Assembly: GCF_018350175.1 (NCBI RefSeq)
Contig: NC_058368.1
Location: 179,616,001-179,680,000 of the forward strand
Direction of reading: 5' to 3'
DNA length: 64,000 nucleotides
Source: Felis catus
Taxonomy: Eukaryota
Positions 12,758 to 25,145 of this stretch are shown here, one piece after another. Each line of letters begins with the position of its first letter. Position 1 is the stretch's first letter. The notes under the pieces are model-generated. The model did not search any database and was not told the origin of the DNA. It saw only the letters and a list, made by a program, of their open reading frames with translations. The position numbers were made by a program, and so were the translations under genes.

Positions 12758-14589
12758 GTCATCTATGGAGAAGTAAATCTATATATTTCTGGGTCCTGGG
12801 GCATCTAAGGATGGTGATGCTGGTAAGAACAGTTGCTGCAACTGCCATCATTTATTGACGCTTTGAGAAGCGCTACGGGGACCTTTGCAGTTGTTAAACC
12901 CTTCCTCCCTCTCAGGTACCTCGTGAGGTACGTGTTTTGCTATTACATAATAATTGTGTTCCTAAAATACACTTTAAGTTATTTTTAAAATGGGTTCTCT
13001 CAAGCAACTTCAGTGAGGAAAAAAAAAACTGCTTAGGGGCAAGAATTTTAGATGATGAAAACAAAGTTATTTCTCCCACAGAAATGTCAAAAATAAAGAT
13101 TTTTAATTGCTATTAAGGACGTTTTGAAGTTACAAACTAAAAATAACAGATTTTCAAAATTGGCATAAGCCAACCTAAATGTCAATGAGCAAATCCTGAA
13201 TTCTGTGGAAGATGAGACTCAGGTCAACTTGCTTCATTCAGAACCATCAAAATAAATCGTGGTTTGGACTAGAAGTGCTTTTAAAAAGGAAGCCCCGTTA
13301 GATCTCAAGAAAGCTGCTAGCAAAAGAAAAAAAAAAGAAAAAGGAGAGAAAGAAAGATTAAAAATGGAAATCCCACTGGCAAAGAAGAGTCAGTCACCCA
13401 ACGAAAAGAGGCCATGGGTGCTGAGGCAAATAGGCTTTCTTTCCACACATATGGGAACTATTTCTGACATGACAATGATGTAAACCAACAACATCACAAA
13501 TCAGTTTTCTTACTGAACTGATCAGGTTACATCCAGTTTGCATTATGAAATTTGCATAACAGGAAAAAAGCTTGAATTTGATTTGTTTGACCAGTAAGGA
13601 AACCGAAAAAATAAGAGGCCATTGTTTTCATAGGGAGCAACTGTAGAAATAACCCCAAATCAGGGCTGTCTGCTTTTTTCCTTTGCCAAAGTTCAAGTTT
13701 TTTCTCTTATGCTCACAGAGTTCCCCTGATGAATAGTGACACCTCTATATCCTCATGGATGATGGTGCCACCTCCGAGTTTGGTGCTGCCCTTCTTCTGG
13801 GCTTGCCTGGAGCCCCAGCTCCATGGGCCTCTCCATCTATCCACTGGGGGAGGCTTGGAGCTTCTGCTCTGAATAACAAAGCCACTTTAGCCCTGTTGCT
13901 TAGACATGTTGATGCTTCTGAAAGTACCAGTAGACCTGGAGAGCATCCAGGCTGCCTAGGAAAGTGCCTGGGGCTGAGGAACCAATTGATTTCATTACTA
14001 AAGTAAGCAATCCCAGTGACCTTTGGGAGTTAGTACACTGACTTTTTCCCTCCTTCAGGCCGTAGCTGGGCAGCTGGACAGGCCACTGTTCCCTGAAGAA
14101 AGGAAAGGACTTGGCAAGCCTTGCCCTGGCTTGCTGACATAAATGCTTCTGGCCTGGAGGCCTCTTGCACTGTCCTTCCCCCGGGGGGTGGGGGGAAGTA
14201 CTGAGTGAGCCCCATAGTTCTTACCTTGCCTGTCAGGCAGGTGAGTCTGCAAGAAGTTTCTGGAGAATGCAGACAGACAGGTGGGCCCTCTGGGAGTTTT
14301 ATTCACCTCCAAACAGGATGACTTCTGTCACCTAGCCCAGGAAGGCCATTGATCTTTGAGGCTCCCCAAATTTGCCATTCCTCCCTTATGATTTATTCAT
14401 GAAACTCAACAGACCCTTCCTGAAGCACCACCCTCTTGCATGCCTGGGGCTTTGTGGGCTAAAGTTGGGATCGCAGGGAGACATTAGATGCATATTCTAC
14501 ACTTGAGGACCTTTAGAGTTTCCTGGGAAGATGAGACTCATACATTAGGTGATAAGACAGTCTATAATGAAGAGCTAAACTAAATACTA

Positions 14590-14850
14590 TCATTATCCGT
14601 GGCAGCCAGGAGCACAGACTTCACATCAGGTGCCTGGGCTCAAATCCTGTCACCATCATTTTGGTCAAGTTGGTCTTTGGACAAGTGCTTTAACCATTTT
14701 AGGCTTCTGTTTCCTTATTATGGGGCTACTGAGAGTACTAGCCTCAAACCATTTCCATGGGTAATGGGAAGCCCAGTGCTTCATGGTGGGATAGTTCATG
14801 TAAAGTGCTTAGTACAGTGCCTGAGTCATGGCTTTACTGTTATTACTGGC
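14590..14850 (+). mobile_element. MIR SINE
   Basis: cctgggctcaaatcctg...tttggacaagtgctttaacc...catgtaaagtgcttagtacagtgcctg. Confidence 0.78.
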
Positions 14851-15039
14851 TGCTGATACTAGTTGTCAGAACATATTTGAGAGATCCCAGTAGCATAGAA
14901 ATCTTGAATCTGAACACAGCACGTTCTGCATGCTGTCTCCCTTCTCTGTTACTTTTGGCAGTGATTGGTAATCTCAGCTGATCAGTTACCCACTTAGCAG
15001 GAGCCCTGGGGGCCTGTTTTAACACCTCCACCCCTGGAA

Positions 15040-15745
15040 CTCCTTTGGACTGTCAATGATGCCTCACATGCATCTCCTACACTCCAATACCATTCTCATC
15101 CTTAACCAGGTCCTCACACAGTCATGTGGATTGCGCAAGAGCCCTCATAATTAGTCTCCTTGCTTCCTTTTTCACTCTGCCAAATGAGATTTACTGCTAT
15201 TCAAGAGGACTTTCCGAAACCCAAACCAGATGATCATTCCCTTGCTCACCCCTCTCCTGTGGCTTCCCATTACTCCCAGGAAACAACCGAACCCAGATCG
15301 TTTATCATTACCCATGAGGTCCCTTGCTGTAAGACCTCTGCCTGGCTCTGCAGCTTCATTACTTCTGCTTCTCATGTCCTCTCTGGAATCCAGCGGTGCA
15401 GCCTACTTCCCAGGGGCCCCTTGGTGTCGTGGCCCTCCGTAGACATACAAAAGTGTAGAACTCTGCGTCCCTGTCTCTTAAAGAGTTGTACTCCTGCTTC
15501 AAAAGTAAATTCCAGCCGCTTCCTTTTGGAAGCCCTCCTTTACCAGGTCTGGGTTAGCTGGCCCTCCTCTGTACTCCCATGATACCTTTGTTTTCCTGTC
15601 TTCTCCACTAGCATCTGATATTTGGAAGGGAATATTCTTACTCATCTTCATACATTCCTATTGAGAAAGGACTGACGAGATGAATGGATGGTGGTTGGAT
15701 GGAAAGGTGGGTAGATGGATGATTGAAGGGATAGATGAATGGACA
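15040..15745 (+). mobile_element. L2 LINE 3' fragment with (TGGA/TGAA)n tail
   Basis: CT-rich body ending in gatgaatggatggtggttggatgg. Confidence 0.55.
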
Positions 15746-16051
15746 AATTCAACAAAAAAAGTGGCAAAATCTCGAATCAGATCTTACACCCAGGTACCTC
15801 CAGAAAGGTGATCAGCAGTACTGCAGTGCTTCATGCTTCAGGCTGAAAAGCAGTATGACCTTGCAACTCACAGCCTGTGGGCTTTTGACATTGATGCTGC
15901 CCATTGTTCTAGCAGGTAAAGCTGAAAAAGAGTGCTGATCTCTGAGGGAGGGGGGATAGCCAGGAGGGCTTTATCTTATCACTGACCTGGCCTATGGTTG
16001 GTGTCAATCCCCTCAGGTCTGCCCTCATATGAGTCCCATTTGGTCCTTTTC

Positions 16052-16270
16052 TTAAATTTTTTTTTTCAACGTTTTATTTATTTTTGGGACAGAGAGAGAC
16101 AGAGCATGAACGGGGGAGGGGCAGAGAGAGAGGGAGACACAGAATCGGAAACAGGCTCCAGGCTCTGAGCCATCAGCCCAGAGCCTGACGCGGGGCTCGA
16201 ACTCACGGACCGCGAGATCGTGACCTGGCTGAAGTCGGACGCTTAACCGACTGCGCCACCCAGGCGCCCC
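16052..16270 (-). mobile_element. Young felid CAN-SINE (SINEC_Fc-like)
   Basis: Near-consensus with CpGs intact; perfect 16-bp TSD ccatttggtccttttc at 16036-16051 and 16271-16286. Confidence 0.97.
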
Positions 16271-17224
16271 CCATTTGGTCCTTTTCATCCAGGCCTGATG
16301 GATCTGTTTTCAGCTTGAACCACAGCAGGAGAGTTTCACCTCTGGATACAGGGTGACAGAGCAGTGGATGACATGAGGGATGGAGGGCATCATGGCCACA
16401 GCCCTTGTCTGCAGCCCAGTGCTTCCCTGTTCCTCTACCAGGAGAACAACACATTGTGTACTATTCATTTTCCTGCTCAGGAGCTGCTCTACAGCAGCCA
16501 CGTGGGAAATGCACTTTATGCAGCTTGGAGCCTCCATCAGCCCTTCAAGGAAGACCTTTCAGCTGGCTCAGTTTGCTAAGTAAATGTGAATAAACCCTGG
16601 AATGAACTGGAAATGAAATGGAGCATCAGACTCCTTGTGATAGGGAGAACCAGCATGAGGCCCGCCCAAGCTGAAGCGGAAAAACCCAGAGGCTCTGGGA
16701 GAACAAGCCAGGTCCAGCTGCCCTGGAAGCCTCATCAGGGTTTATGAAGCAGCAGGCAGAGCACAATTGGCTCAGTTTGGTTGTGTTTTTATTTTTGTCC
16801 AGCCACAAATACTGAAAAATGATTCCTTCCCTTCCTGGAGCTTTGGAGCCAAGCTGGTTTTATTTTTAGCTTCAACTCTGGTTTAAGGCTTTTAGCACAC
16901 TAAACACCCTATCCACTGCAGGCCTCGGTGGGCTGAATTTTAGGATTTTTGCCTAGACTGAAGTGTTGGTCGTCTGAATATAGCTGTCACCCGGCTCTGT
17001 GCAGCTGTGACAATAGAGGGTGGTTCCAGACAGACACGTAGAGACCCAATTCTGGCCTTAGGGACCTCCAAGAGAGTTCTTTTCAGGGAGGGAAATGTAT
17101 TCAGGATGGATGGTTGTCTGAGCTGGGGCTGAGAAGGTGGTAACCCTGAATGAAAGGAAGGAAAGGGGGGAGGGGGAAGAAGAAAGGAAAAGAGGAAGGG
17201 AACTGTCAGTTATTACAAGGCTTT

Positions 17225-17650
17225 AAGAGGTTAGTGGTTCAGAACTTGGGCGCTGGAGGCAGACTGCCTGGGTTCAGATGCTGACCCTACCACTTCCTAA
17301 CACTGTGGGCTTGTGGAACGTACTCATCCTCTCCAGGCATCAGCGTTCTCATCTATGAGATGTGGGTAGTAATGACGCCCGCTTCCAAGCTCTCCTGCCT
17401 GTGATTGTGCCCATCCAGCATGTAGCATAGCATCTGATGTGCAGTTAGGACTGCATCATTTTTATTATTATCTCCATGCTCTTATTGCAGTGCTAGACAC
17501 TTGGGCACACACTGTGTCATTAAGAATTTCTGTAACCCAATGTATAGGGTTATTTTGAAGATGGAACACTGAGGTTCAGCAGGCCAGGTAACTACCCAAA
17601 AGTCCCACAGGGAGATCAAGATCTAGTTAGACCTGAACCCAGCTTTGGCC
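17225..17650. mobile_element. Two adjacent MIR fragments (+ then -)
   Basis: ggaggcagactgcctgggttcagatgctgaccctaccacttcc and gatggaacactgaggttcagcaggccaggtaactacccaaaagtccca. Confidence 0.7.
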
Positions 17651-17844
17651 AAAGTCATATCACCGCACCTTCTCTGGGATCAGTGCTCCCATATGACATC
17701 AAAGGACATATCACAGACTTATGGGAGCTGCTCTGAAGAGCAACTAGATTACCCATCACTCTTCTCTCCCCTGGGCTCCTCCTGTATTTCCATTTTAGTG
17801 ACAGGAACATGAACAGTGGATACTGGGAGTGATCACTGGTCACA

Positions 17845-18042
17845 GGGCACCTGGGTGGCTCAGTTGGTTAAGCGTCTGACTTCGGCTCAGGTCATGATCT
17901 CACAGTTTATGAATTCAAGCCTCGCGTTAGGCCCGGTGCTGACAGCTCAGAGCCTGGAGCTTGCTTCAGATTCTGTGTCTCCCTCTCTGTGTCCCTCCCC
18001 TGCTTGTGCTCTGTCTCTCTCTACCAAAAATAAATAAACATT
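17845..18042 (+). mobile_element. Felid CAN-SINE (first of a tandem pair)
   Basis: gggcacctgggtggctcagttggttaagcg head; the pair is flanked by cactggtcaca at 17834-17844 and 18297-18307. Confidence 0.93.
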
Positions 18043-18215
18043 GGGGCGCCTGGGTGGCTTAGTTAAATGTCCATCTTTGGCTCAGGTCATGATCTCGTGA
18101 TTCGTGAGTTCAAGCCCCACGTTGGGCTCTGTACTGTCAGCTCAGAGCCTGGAGCCTACTTTGGATTGTGTGTCTCCTTCTCTCTCTGAACACCCCCTCC
18201 CCACCTCTCGTGCTC

Positions 18216-18254
<39 letters not shown>

Positions 18255-18292
18255 AATAAATAAACATTTAAAAATTAAAAAAAAAAAAAAAG
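18043..18292 (+). mobile_element. Felid CAN-SINE (second of the tandem pair)
   Basis: ggggcgcctgggtggc head directly after the first copy's tail; (CT)n and poly-A. Confidence 0.93.
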
Positions 18293-18309
18293 CAAACACT
18301 GGTCACACT

Positions 18310-18515
18310 CATGGAAACAGAAAGTAGAGTGCCGGCTATCAGGGACTGGGGTGGGGAGTTGTTCAATGGTGATAGTGTTTCAGTTTTGTGAGATGAAAAA
18401 GTTCTGGAGATCTGCACAACATTATGAATATACTTAACACCACTGAACTGTACACTTGAAAATGGTTAAGATGGAAAATTTCATGTTTTTGTTTTTTACC
18501 ACAATTAATAAAACA
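18310..18515 (+). mobile_element. Old L1 (L1MB-like) 3' UTR fragment
   Basis: gatgaaaaagttctggagat...actgaactgtacacttgaaaatggttaagatgg...ttttaccacaat. Confidence 0.85.
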
Positions 18516-19372
18516 TTACAGAAGAGCACTAGTGTGGGAGTCATGCTGCTTTTGGGGTGTCGCTGGAAACTTGAGCTTATCCGTCCAACTTCTCAGCCTC
18601 TTGTCTGGTCTCCTTGCAGTCAGGGGGCCCACAAACAGCATCACTGGACCACACCTGCCCACACACACCGTGAGCCCCTTCAGGGCTGAGCAGCACACTT
18701 CTGACAGGAGCCTTATTCTGGGGTCTTCAAATCTCCTCTCTCACATGCTTTGCCCTTTCTGACCTCCTGCTTGTCCCCTGTCTCTTAGAAATTTTTGGCC
18801 ATCAACCTGGGACAAAAGGGGGAAAGTAGCAAAATCCCCCCAGGGAAGCATGTCTGCTTGGCGTGGTGGAGAGAGTGTGGGCTTTGGGCAGAAGCAGGGA
18901 AGAAGCTCATCTTATCTTTTCTTCAGCTTGCTTAACTCTAAGATAGGATAGTATGGTTGTCCCAGGTAACGAAACGGTCAGCTCACTCCAAGCAAAAATT
19001 TCAACCAGGCTATAAACTGTTCTTTTGCTGCAGGAGATTGTGAGGATTTTGGGGACAGGTTTGGAGACACTGGTTTGGGCACTCACTGATGAGGCTGTGT
19101 AAAGATGCTAGGACAGAGAGTCATGGGAGTGGGCAGGGATGAGGGTCTCCCTCTTGGCCTCCTACTCCCCAGAGAACAGCCTTCTTGGAGGCCACAGTAA
19201 GGGCTTGGTGTCCCTTGAAAACTCATGTGGCCTTCTTCACTGTTGGCATTAGCATTGACCATTCTCAGGAGAGCATGAGATTGGCTCTGTTGCTGCCATC
19301 CAATGTGGGGCATCCCTTCTGGGAGGACTTTACCTCCAGCCACATGGCTTGCCCAGACTGTGGTTTTTGACC

Positions 19373-19636
19373 CAAAGCTGACTGCTCCATTAGGCACAGC
19401 GGGGACAGTGCTCAGGGCCAACAATACTTTCAGAGGCCCATGAAAATGTTTTCATTTCTTTTAAAATTAGAAGGAAAAAAAAAGCCTTTCAGGTCAAAGT
19501 GAATGTTATAATATATAATATTAATATATTTTTATACCAACATAGTTATAAAATGTGATATTAATTTTTTATATAGAGTTAGGGGCATGCAAAGGCAAAA
19601 GTGCCAAGGGCCCATGAAAGTTATAATACAGCCCCA
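19373..19636 (+). mobile_element. hAT-Tip100-type MITE (ORSL-like)
   Basis: taggcacag...gtgctcagggcc...gaggcccatgaaaatgtttt, AT-rich centre, aaggcaaaagtgccaagggcccatgaaagttataatacagccc end. Confidence 0.65.
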
Positions 19637-20146
19637 CTCCAGGCTGGCAGGGATTCCATTTGGCCCCTCAACCCATGGCCTCTTCTGTTTCCATAGTAAC
19701 TGCTATCTCCCTACTGCAACCACCACCACTATCTAGGATGAAATACTCTCTGTGGTATTTTATTTCTTTTTAGGGACCCATTTTGCATATCAGTTTCATC
19801 GCTTGGCAATTGCTACCTGGAGCACATGGCCGGAAAATTTCAAAAGCCTTGTCTGGAATCTGTGGGAAAGAATGGTGTGATCAATTAGTGATGTCTGTCC
19901 TAGGCTCTTGATGGGGAAGGGACAGCACACGTGCTGTGTTCTTGCCTTTGACTGACCTTTGCTTTGTATCTCCAACTTGACTGCAAGCCTTGCAAAACAG
20001 AATATGCCTTAACATGCTGTGCATCCCATGTTGAAATATCTAGAAAGTCTCTTAATACCTGTTGATTGATTGAAGTGAGTATCTGTGAATACTCTTAATC
20101 CATTTAATGTCTCCTGATACCCTTTCATTCTGTTCTTTATCTCTAG

Positions 20147-20218
20147 GCGCCTGAACAAGAATAAGCTCCAGGTCCTTCCGGAATTGCTTTTCCAGAGTAC
20201 ACCAAAGCTCACCAGACT
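20147..20218 (+). CDS. SLIT3: Internal coding exon (probably exon 4) of slit guidance ligand 3; one 24-codon LRR unit
   Basis: A pyrimidine tract and acceptor (ccctttcattctgttctttatctctAG, AG at 20145-20146) precede 72 nt reading G|CGC CTG AAC AAG...ACC AGA CT = (L)[23 protein letters not shown](L), followed by a GTAAGT donor at 20219. The peptide matches my recollection of SLIT3 LRR domain 1. A 72-nt phase-2/phase-2 exon is typical of Slit LRR exons. Confidence 0.95.
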
Positions 20219-23189
20219 GTAAGTAGAGCCAAATTATGTTCTCTACCTGGTGTCCTGCCCGGCTTTGGTGATATGGATATTGTGGTTGCCTTTGTGAGTG
20301 GAGCCTGGTACCATGCAGAGCTTGGTAGTTAGGCCATATGTATGGAGACTAGGAGCTGGGCTTCAATATGGCGTGCCCCTACACTCCCCTCCACACCCGA
20401 CTTTTGCTCCCATTCTTCAGATATCAGTGGCTTAAGTGGCCAATGAGGGCTGGTGGCTTGTGGTAGTAGATCTCTTCTTTGCAAAGAAGGACACACTGCC
20501 ATTTAACATGGTCTGACCTCACCTCAGGGAAATGCCCTGGGGATGGGATTTGAGGTAGGTTTATTCAAAGGAGACACCAGTGGTCTCAGAGGGCATTGTA
20601 TTGGACTGAACACTTTAACCTCACCATCCTGCAGACCAGAACAACTCCAGCCCTTTGCCTGCTTCCTACCTCCGCCAGTCTGAGAACCTTGGGTCTGGAG
20701 ATCTATGATTTTGTGGGAAAAGGAAGAAACATCTTAAATTTTGCTTTATCTTCTGGAATGGTCCAAGACATAATGCAGGGGGAAGATTGGAGATGTTTCT
20801 GTGCATTTATTCAGTATGAGAGTTTGGAGGTTCAAGAAACTTGAGATGCACGGCAGAATGGAGATTGCAGTTGGCATATTGTGGGTATTAGGCAAGTGTT
20901 AATTAATTGACAGTGAATGGCTCTATGATTCTGAGCCTATAAGTCCTACTGGCAGTGACTCGTGTAGTTCATGGGGTGAACTGGGTTGGCCCAAGCCTTG
21001 ATTTTCTGAATGGAGTGACAGTGTCTGGCTGCTTAGTAGCCAAGCAGTGAGATTTACAGCCTGGGTGGGAAGACTGTAACATTACTGGGGAGGCTCCAAA
21101 CTTGTGGCCACCATTTACATTCCCAGTGGCTGTGTTTAATACCTATTTATGCAGTCAAACAATGCATGTAGGCTCCAGGATACATTGGGAAATACAAAAC
21201 ACATGTTAGTGTGTGTGCTTAAGAATGAGTTCTGAATTAGGAGTCTGTATCTATATCTATATCTGTGTGTGCATACACAGAAAGAGACTATATACATAAA
21301 TGTATTTTAAAGGACACTTTGTTGGAACAGGAACCACAAGGGTTGGCTGGTGTTTAAGTGGTACAGCAGCGTTGTTCGCCTTCTCTAGGACACACCTGTA
21401 CCTTGTCAAGGTCTTCTCGTGCTGTGTACTGCATTTCTCTAGCTCGGTCCACCTGGCTGACTTTGCTATCTGTGGGGAAGAGTATGCCCCCCTTTTCACC
21501 TTTCCACACTGAATCCATCTTGATGGGCATGAGGATGACTAAAGTGATGTTCAGCAGCCTGAGCGTCTAGCTGAGCTGGATAAACAATACTAAATGGGCA
21601 TATGGGGAAACAACCTGGTTTTTAATTTCCTCTTCCTATGTAGTTCTTTCCTTACATGCTCACCTAATAGCTGTCTTTCCACCCAGCACCACATTGTGCC
21701 TTTTCAACCTGCTCCTAAATAATGCTGACTCTAAGCTCTTCATCTGGAATCTCAGCATCACATTCTAAGCCAACAGAAGGTGTCTGTGGGGCTGGGGCTG
21801 CTGGAAAGCTTTGAGCAGGTGGGGTCTGAGTGTTCCACTTGTTGCAGGGTGTCAAGTGGGCTGGTTCTTGCTCATGGAACATGGCCTCATAGCCGCTCCC
21901 ATCAGATGATGCCCATTTTGTGCGAGGCTGCTTTTGATGCAGGCAGAGGAGGAATTTCAGGCAGTGATAACAGGTCTCTGAGATGCTGGGGGCCAGGCCC
22001 AGGCAGGCAGCCTAGGGCATGGGAACCCCCAGGGTGGTATCCTGTCACTTTCTGAGAGAGGTTGGGGGAGTCATTTTCCCTTCTGTGCCTGAATATCCCC
22101 ATCAGTATAAGGCTGACACTCCTCTTCCCTTTTATCTTCCTCGCCAAGGAGCTGTGAGTATCAGATGAGATCATAGTGTGTGTGCATTTGTTTTCTAGGG
22201 TTTACAGTGAGGGGTGAGTGTAATTACCAAGATAACTAGTGTTACTCCCGCACTTCCCATTTTCTCAGCTTTGCTCTCTGATCTCTTTCTTCCGGATGCA
22301 CGAAGACACTGGCAGTTGCTATGGGCACTGAGGTGGATGACTCTGAGCTTTTGCTTCAAGCCAGAGAGCTGCAGCTGGGAAGGCAGGCACGACATTTGAC
22401 TCAGTCTGTTATCTGTCCTGCTCCAGGTCCTAGCCAGGCACAGAAGTGGGCACACATAAGCACTCAGTGAATGGGTAGATGAATAAGTGAAGGATATAGG
22501 CCTAAGTATTATAAACAGTGCCCTTAGGGAGCTTTGGTTCTTTTATCCTTCATTCATTCATTCCCTCATTCATTTATTCAGTAAGCTCTTCCTCTGTGCT
22601 TGTTCCAACCTGGCCTCTGCTGGGTTTTCAGGTACAGACATGAAGGATGCCCACTTCTCTGTATGCCTCATCATGACACATTCTGAATGGCTGCCAAAAA
22701 GCTTAGAGCTAAATATAATTTTTTTTTTTAATTTAAGCAACTATATTAACTCAGGTTTCGGCTATAATCAGCAATCTCTTTTTTCTCTCTGGGCTTGATC
22801 TTTGATTTTTCTTAATGGCCCTATTGTGTCTTTGTCTTATTTTGCAGGGTACAAATTAGAAATCAATAAATGTGCAATCATGGGTGTGTATACATATGTC
22901 ACTAGCTCTGTAAAGGAGTGTTGCATCTCAATAGACACAGTGAACCATTTTCCACGGAATGCTAAATGTGGGTACTGTGTGGCTGTCTACTCCGTAGCAT
23001 GCCATGTGGGATAAGTAGCAATTCTGGACACGCCTTTTCCTTTCTTATTAGATCTGTAGACAAAAACTGCTTAATACTCACTATTTATCCAAAGAATACC
23101 TTTTGTTAAGGCTATGGATGTGTAATAAGATGTTTGGAGGAGTGATGGGAAAGGGAAATAATATTTGTTGGAAACCTGCTATTATAATA

Positions 23190-23920
23190 ACACTACTAAC
23201 CACTAAGTGACAGAAATGTGACTAAAATTAGTTTAATACAAAGAGGAAAGATACTGGTTTATATGCCGGGAAAGTTCAGGGACAGTTATGGACAGCTTCA
23301 GGAACAACTGGATCCAGGGGCTTGGTGAAGTTGTTGGGACTTCATGTCACTCCTTACATCTTTTGTAGCAGTGCACGTGATGGTGAGCAAAAGCAGAAGA
23401 CCCAGGTACTAATCTGGCAATCCGGGTGGAGTCAACAGTCCTTCAGAAAAGAACCAGTGGTAGATTGCTTAGCTTGGTGACACGTCCATGTCTGAGCACA
23501 TCGTTATTGCCAGTGAGGTGGTGTCCTCTGACCAGTCAAGTTTTGGAAATGGGTTCATCCCACTTGTTTGGGGATGAGAGTTTGCAGGGCTTGGGAATGG
23601 GTTTCCCAAAAGAAAGAAAAATTCTGTTATCCAAAGATGGGGGAAATGATGCCAAACTTGAGAACAACAGATGTTGGGGCGCCTGGGTGGCGCAGTCGGT
23701 TAAGCGTCCGACTTCAGCCAGGTCATGATCTCGCGGTCCGTGAGTTCGAGCCCTGCGTCAGGCTCTGGGCTGATGGCTCAGAGCCTGGAGCCTGTTTCCG
23801 ATTCTGTGTCTCCCTCTCTCTCTGCCCCTCCCCCGTTCATGCTCTGTCTCTCTCTCTGCCCCAAAAATAAATAAACGTTGAAAAAAAAAAAGAAAAGAAA
23901 AGAAAACAACAGATGTCTAC
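23190..23920 (-). mobile_element. MLT1K-like MaLR LTR, interrupted by a SINE
   Basis: gcttcaggaacaactggatccaggggc...tttcccaaaagaaa...ctgttatcc...aacaacagatgtctaca. Confidence 0.65.
23676..23904 (+). mobile_element. Young felid CAN-SINE (SINEC_Fc-like)
   Basis: Near-consensus; TSD aacaacagatgt at 23663-23674 and 23905-23916. Confidence 0.97.
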
Positions 23921-23999
23921 AAATTCATTGAGCAATGACTTTGGGCAGTCTGCTGTGCTTTAACTGAATGCGTTGGATCCTCAGAAACACTTCAAGGTA

Positions 24000-24535
24000 A
24001 TAACAATTGCAAACCCATTGGCTGGCAGGTACTGTTCTGAGCACTTGAGGTATAATTCATTTGATACTCCTTACAGCCCTGTGGGGTGATACTATGACTA
24101 ACATTATTCTATAGATGTGAAACTGAGGCTTAAAGAAGTTAAGAACTTGCCTGACATCCTACAACTACTTAGTGACAGAACCAGAGTTCACATTTGGGTA
24201 ATCCGACTCTGGAGTCTGTGCCGTTTTTCTACTATAGGCAGCAACCTGCCTCATTCCTCCCATTTTATAGTAGAGGCAACTAAAACTCAGAGTTTAAATT
24301 ACTTACTCATATAGCCCACATTTCTAAGAAGTAGCACTACCCTGGGGACTTTGCCTCAATGCTCAGACTTAACCTTTACACTAATCCTATAGAGAGAATC
24401 ATTATCACATCTACTTCTGAAGCTGAGAGGGGTTATCTAACTTACCCCATTGCTGTATAACCAGGATACAATGGAACTGGGACTCAGATGTGTGTCTGTG
24501 TCACTGCAGAGTCCTTCGGTTTTCTACTATGCCAA
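24000..24535 (-). mobile_element. Cluster of MIR fragments
   Basis: Repeated cores such as atagatgtgaaactgaggcttaaagaagttaagaacttgcctgac. Confidence 0.7.
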
Positions 24536-24949
24536 GCTAGCTATTGTGGAGACCTAAAATGATGATAAAAAGGATTGATAATGGACCTGTCATATGTCCA
24601 AGTGCTTCTGTCAGGCCTTGCTGACCATTCTACCCCCATCCACCCTCAGATCCAGCACCAGTAATTCATTGATCCGTATGTATATTAATGGTGTACCTGT
24701 CCTCTTCCTGTTTTCAAGCACACAGAGAACAGGACAAAGAATCCTGGAGCTTGGGAGTGCCCTGAAGATTAGGTAACATCACTGTGGTCTGTAAAGGGCC
24801 AGCAAGGTCTCTGCCATGTCTTGGGCACTCAATAAAATAAATATTAGCTTCCCCCCATCCTGACATAGATCAGAAGGTTCTCAAGTGTTGGGATTATGTT
24901 TCTGCTCCTCCTAAGTTCCCTACCACTCCTGACTCAGAGCTGGACATAG

Positions 24950-25145
24950 GAGGTGGCAGTAGAGTGGAGGGCTTAAGGGGCTGTGAGCTCGTGGACAAGT
25001 CACTTAATTTCCCCGGGTCTCAGGTTCATCATCAGTACAATAAACAAGAGAACCTACTTCTCTACATTCTTATGAGGATAGATGGAAGTGGCCCATGGGC
25101 AGCCTTCAGCATTGACTGTAGCACATAGCAAGTGCTCAATGAAAG
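24950..25145 (+). mobile_element. MIR SINE
   Basis: ggacaagtcacttaatttccccgggtctcaggttcatcatc...gcacatagcaagtgctcaat. Confidence 0.72.

Larger units (their letters stand above)
1..20146 (+). other. SLIT3: SLIT3 intron upstream of the exon (partial, probably intron 3)
   Basis: No other LRR-coding exon recognised. Repeat-rich sequence ending in the acceptor at 20145-20146. Confidence 0.8.

Noticed and set aside
16052..16288. Recurring peptides such as GAPGWRSRLSVRLQPGHDLAVREFEP and MAQSVK...
   Set aside because: Translations of CAN-SINE copies, not a gene family.
23676..23755. tRNA-like sequences with A and B boxes
   Set aside because: They are tRNA-derived SINE heads, not tRNA genes.
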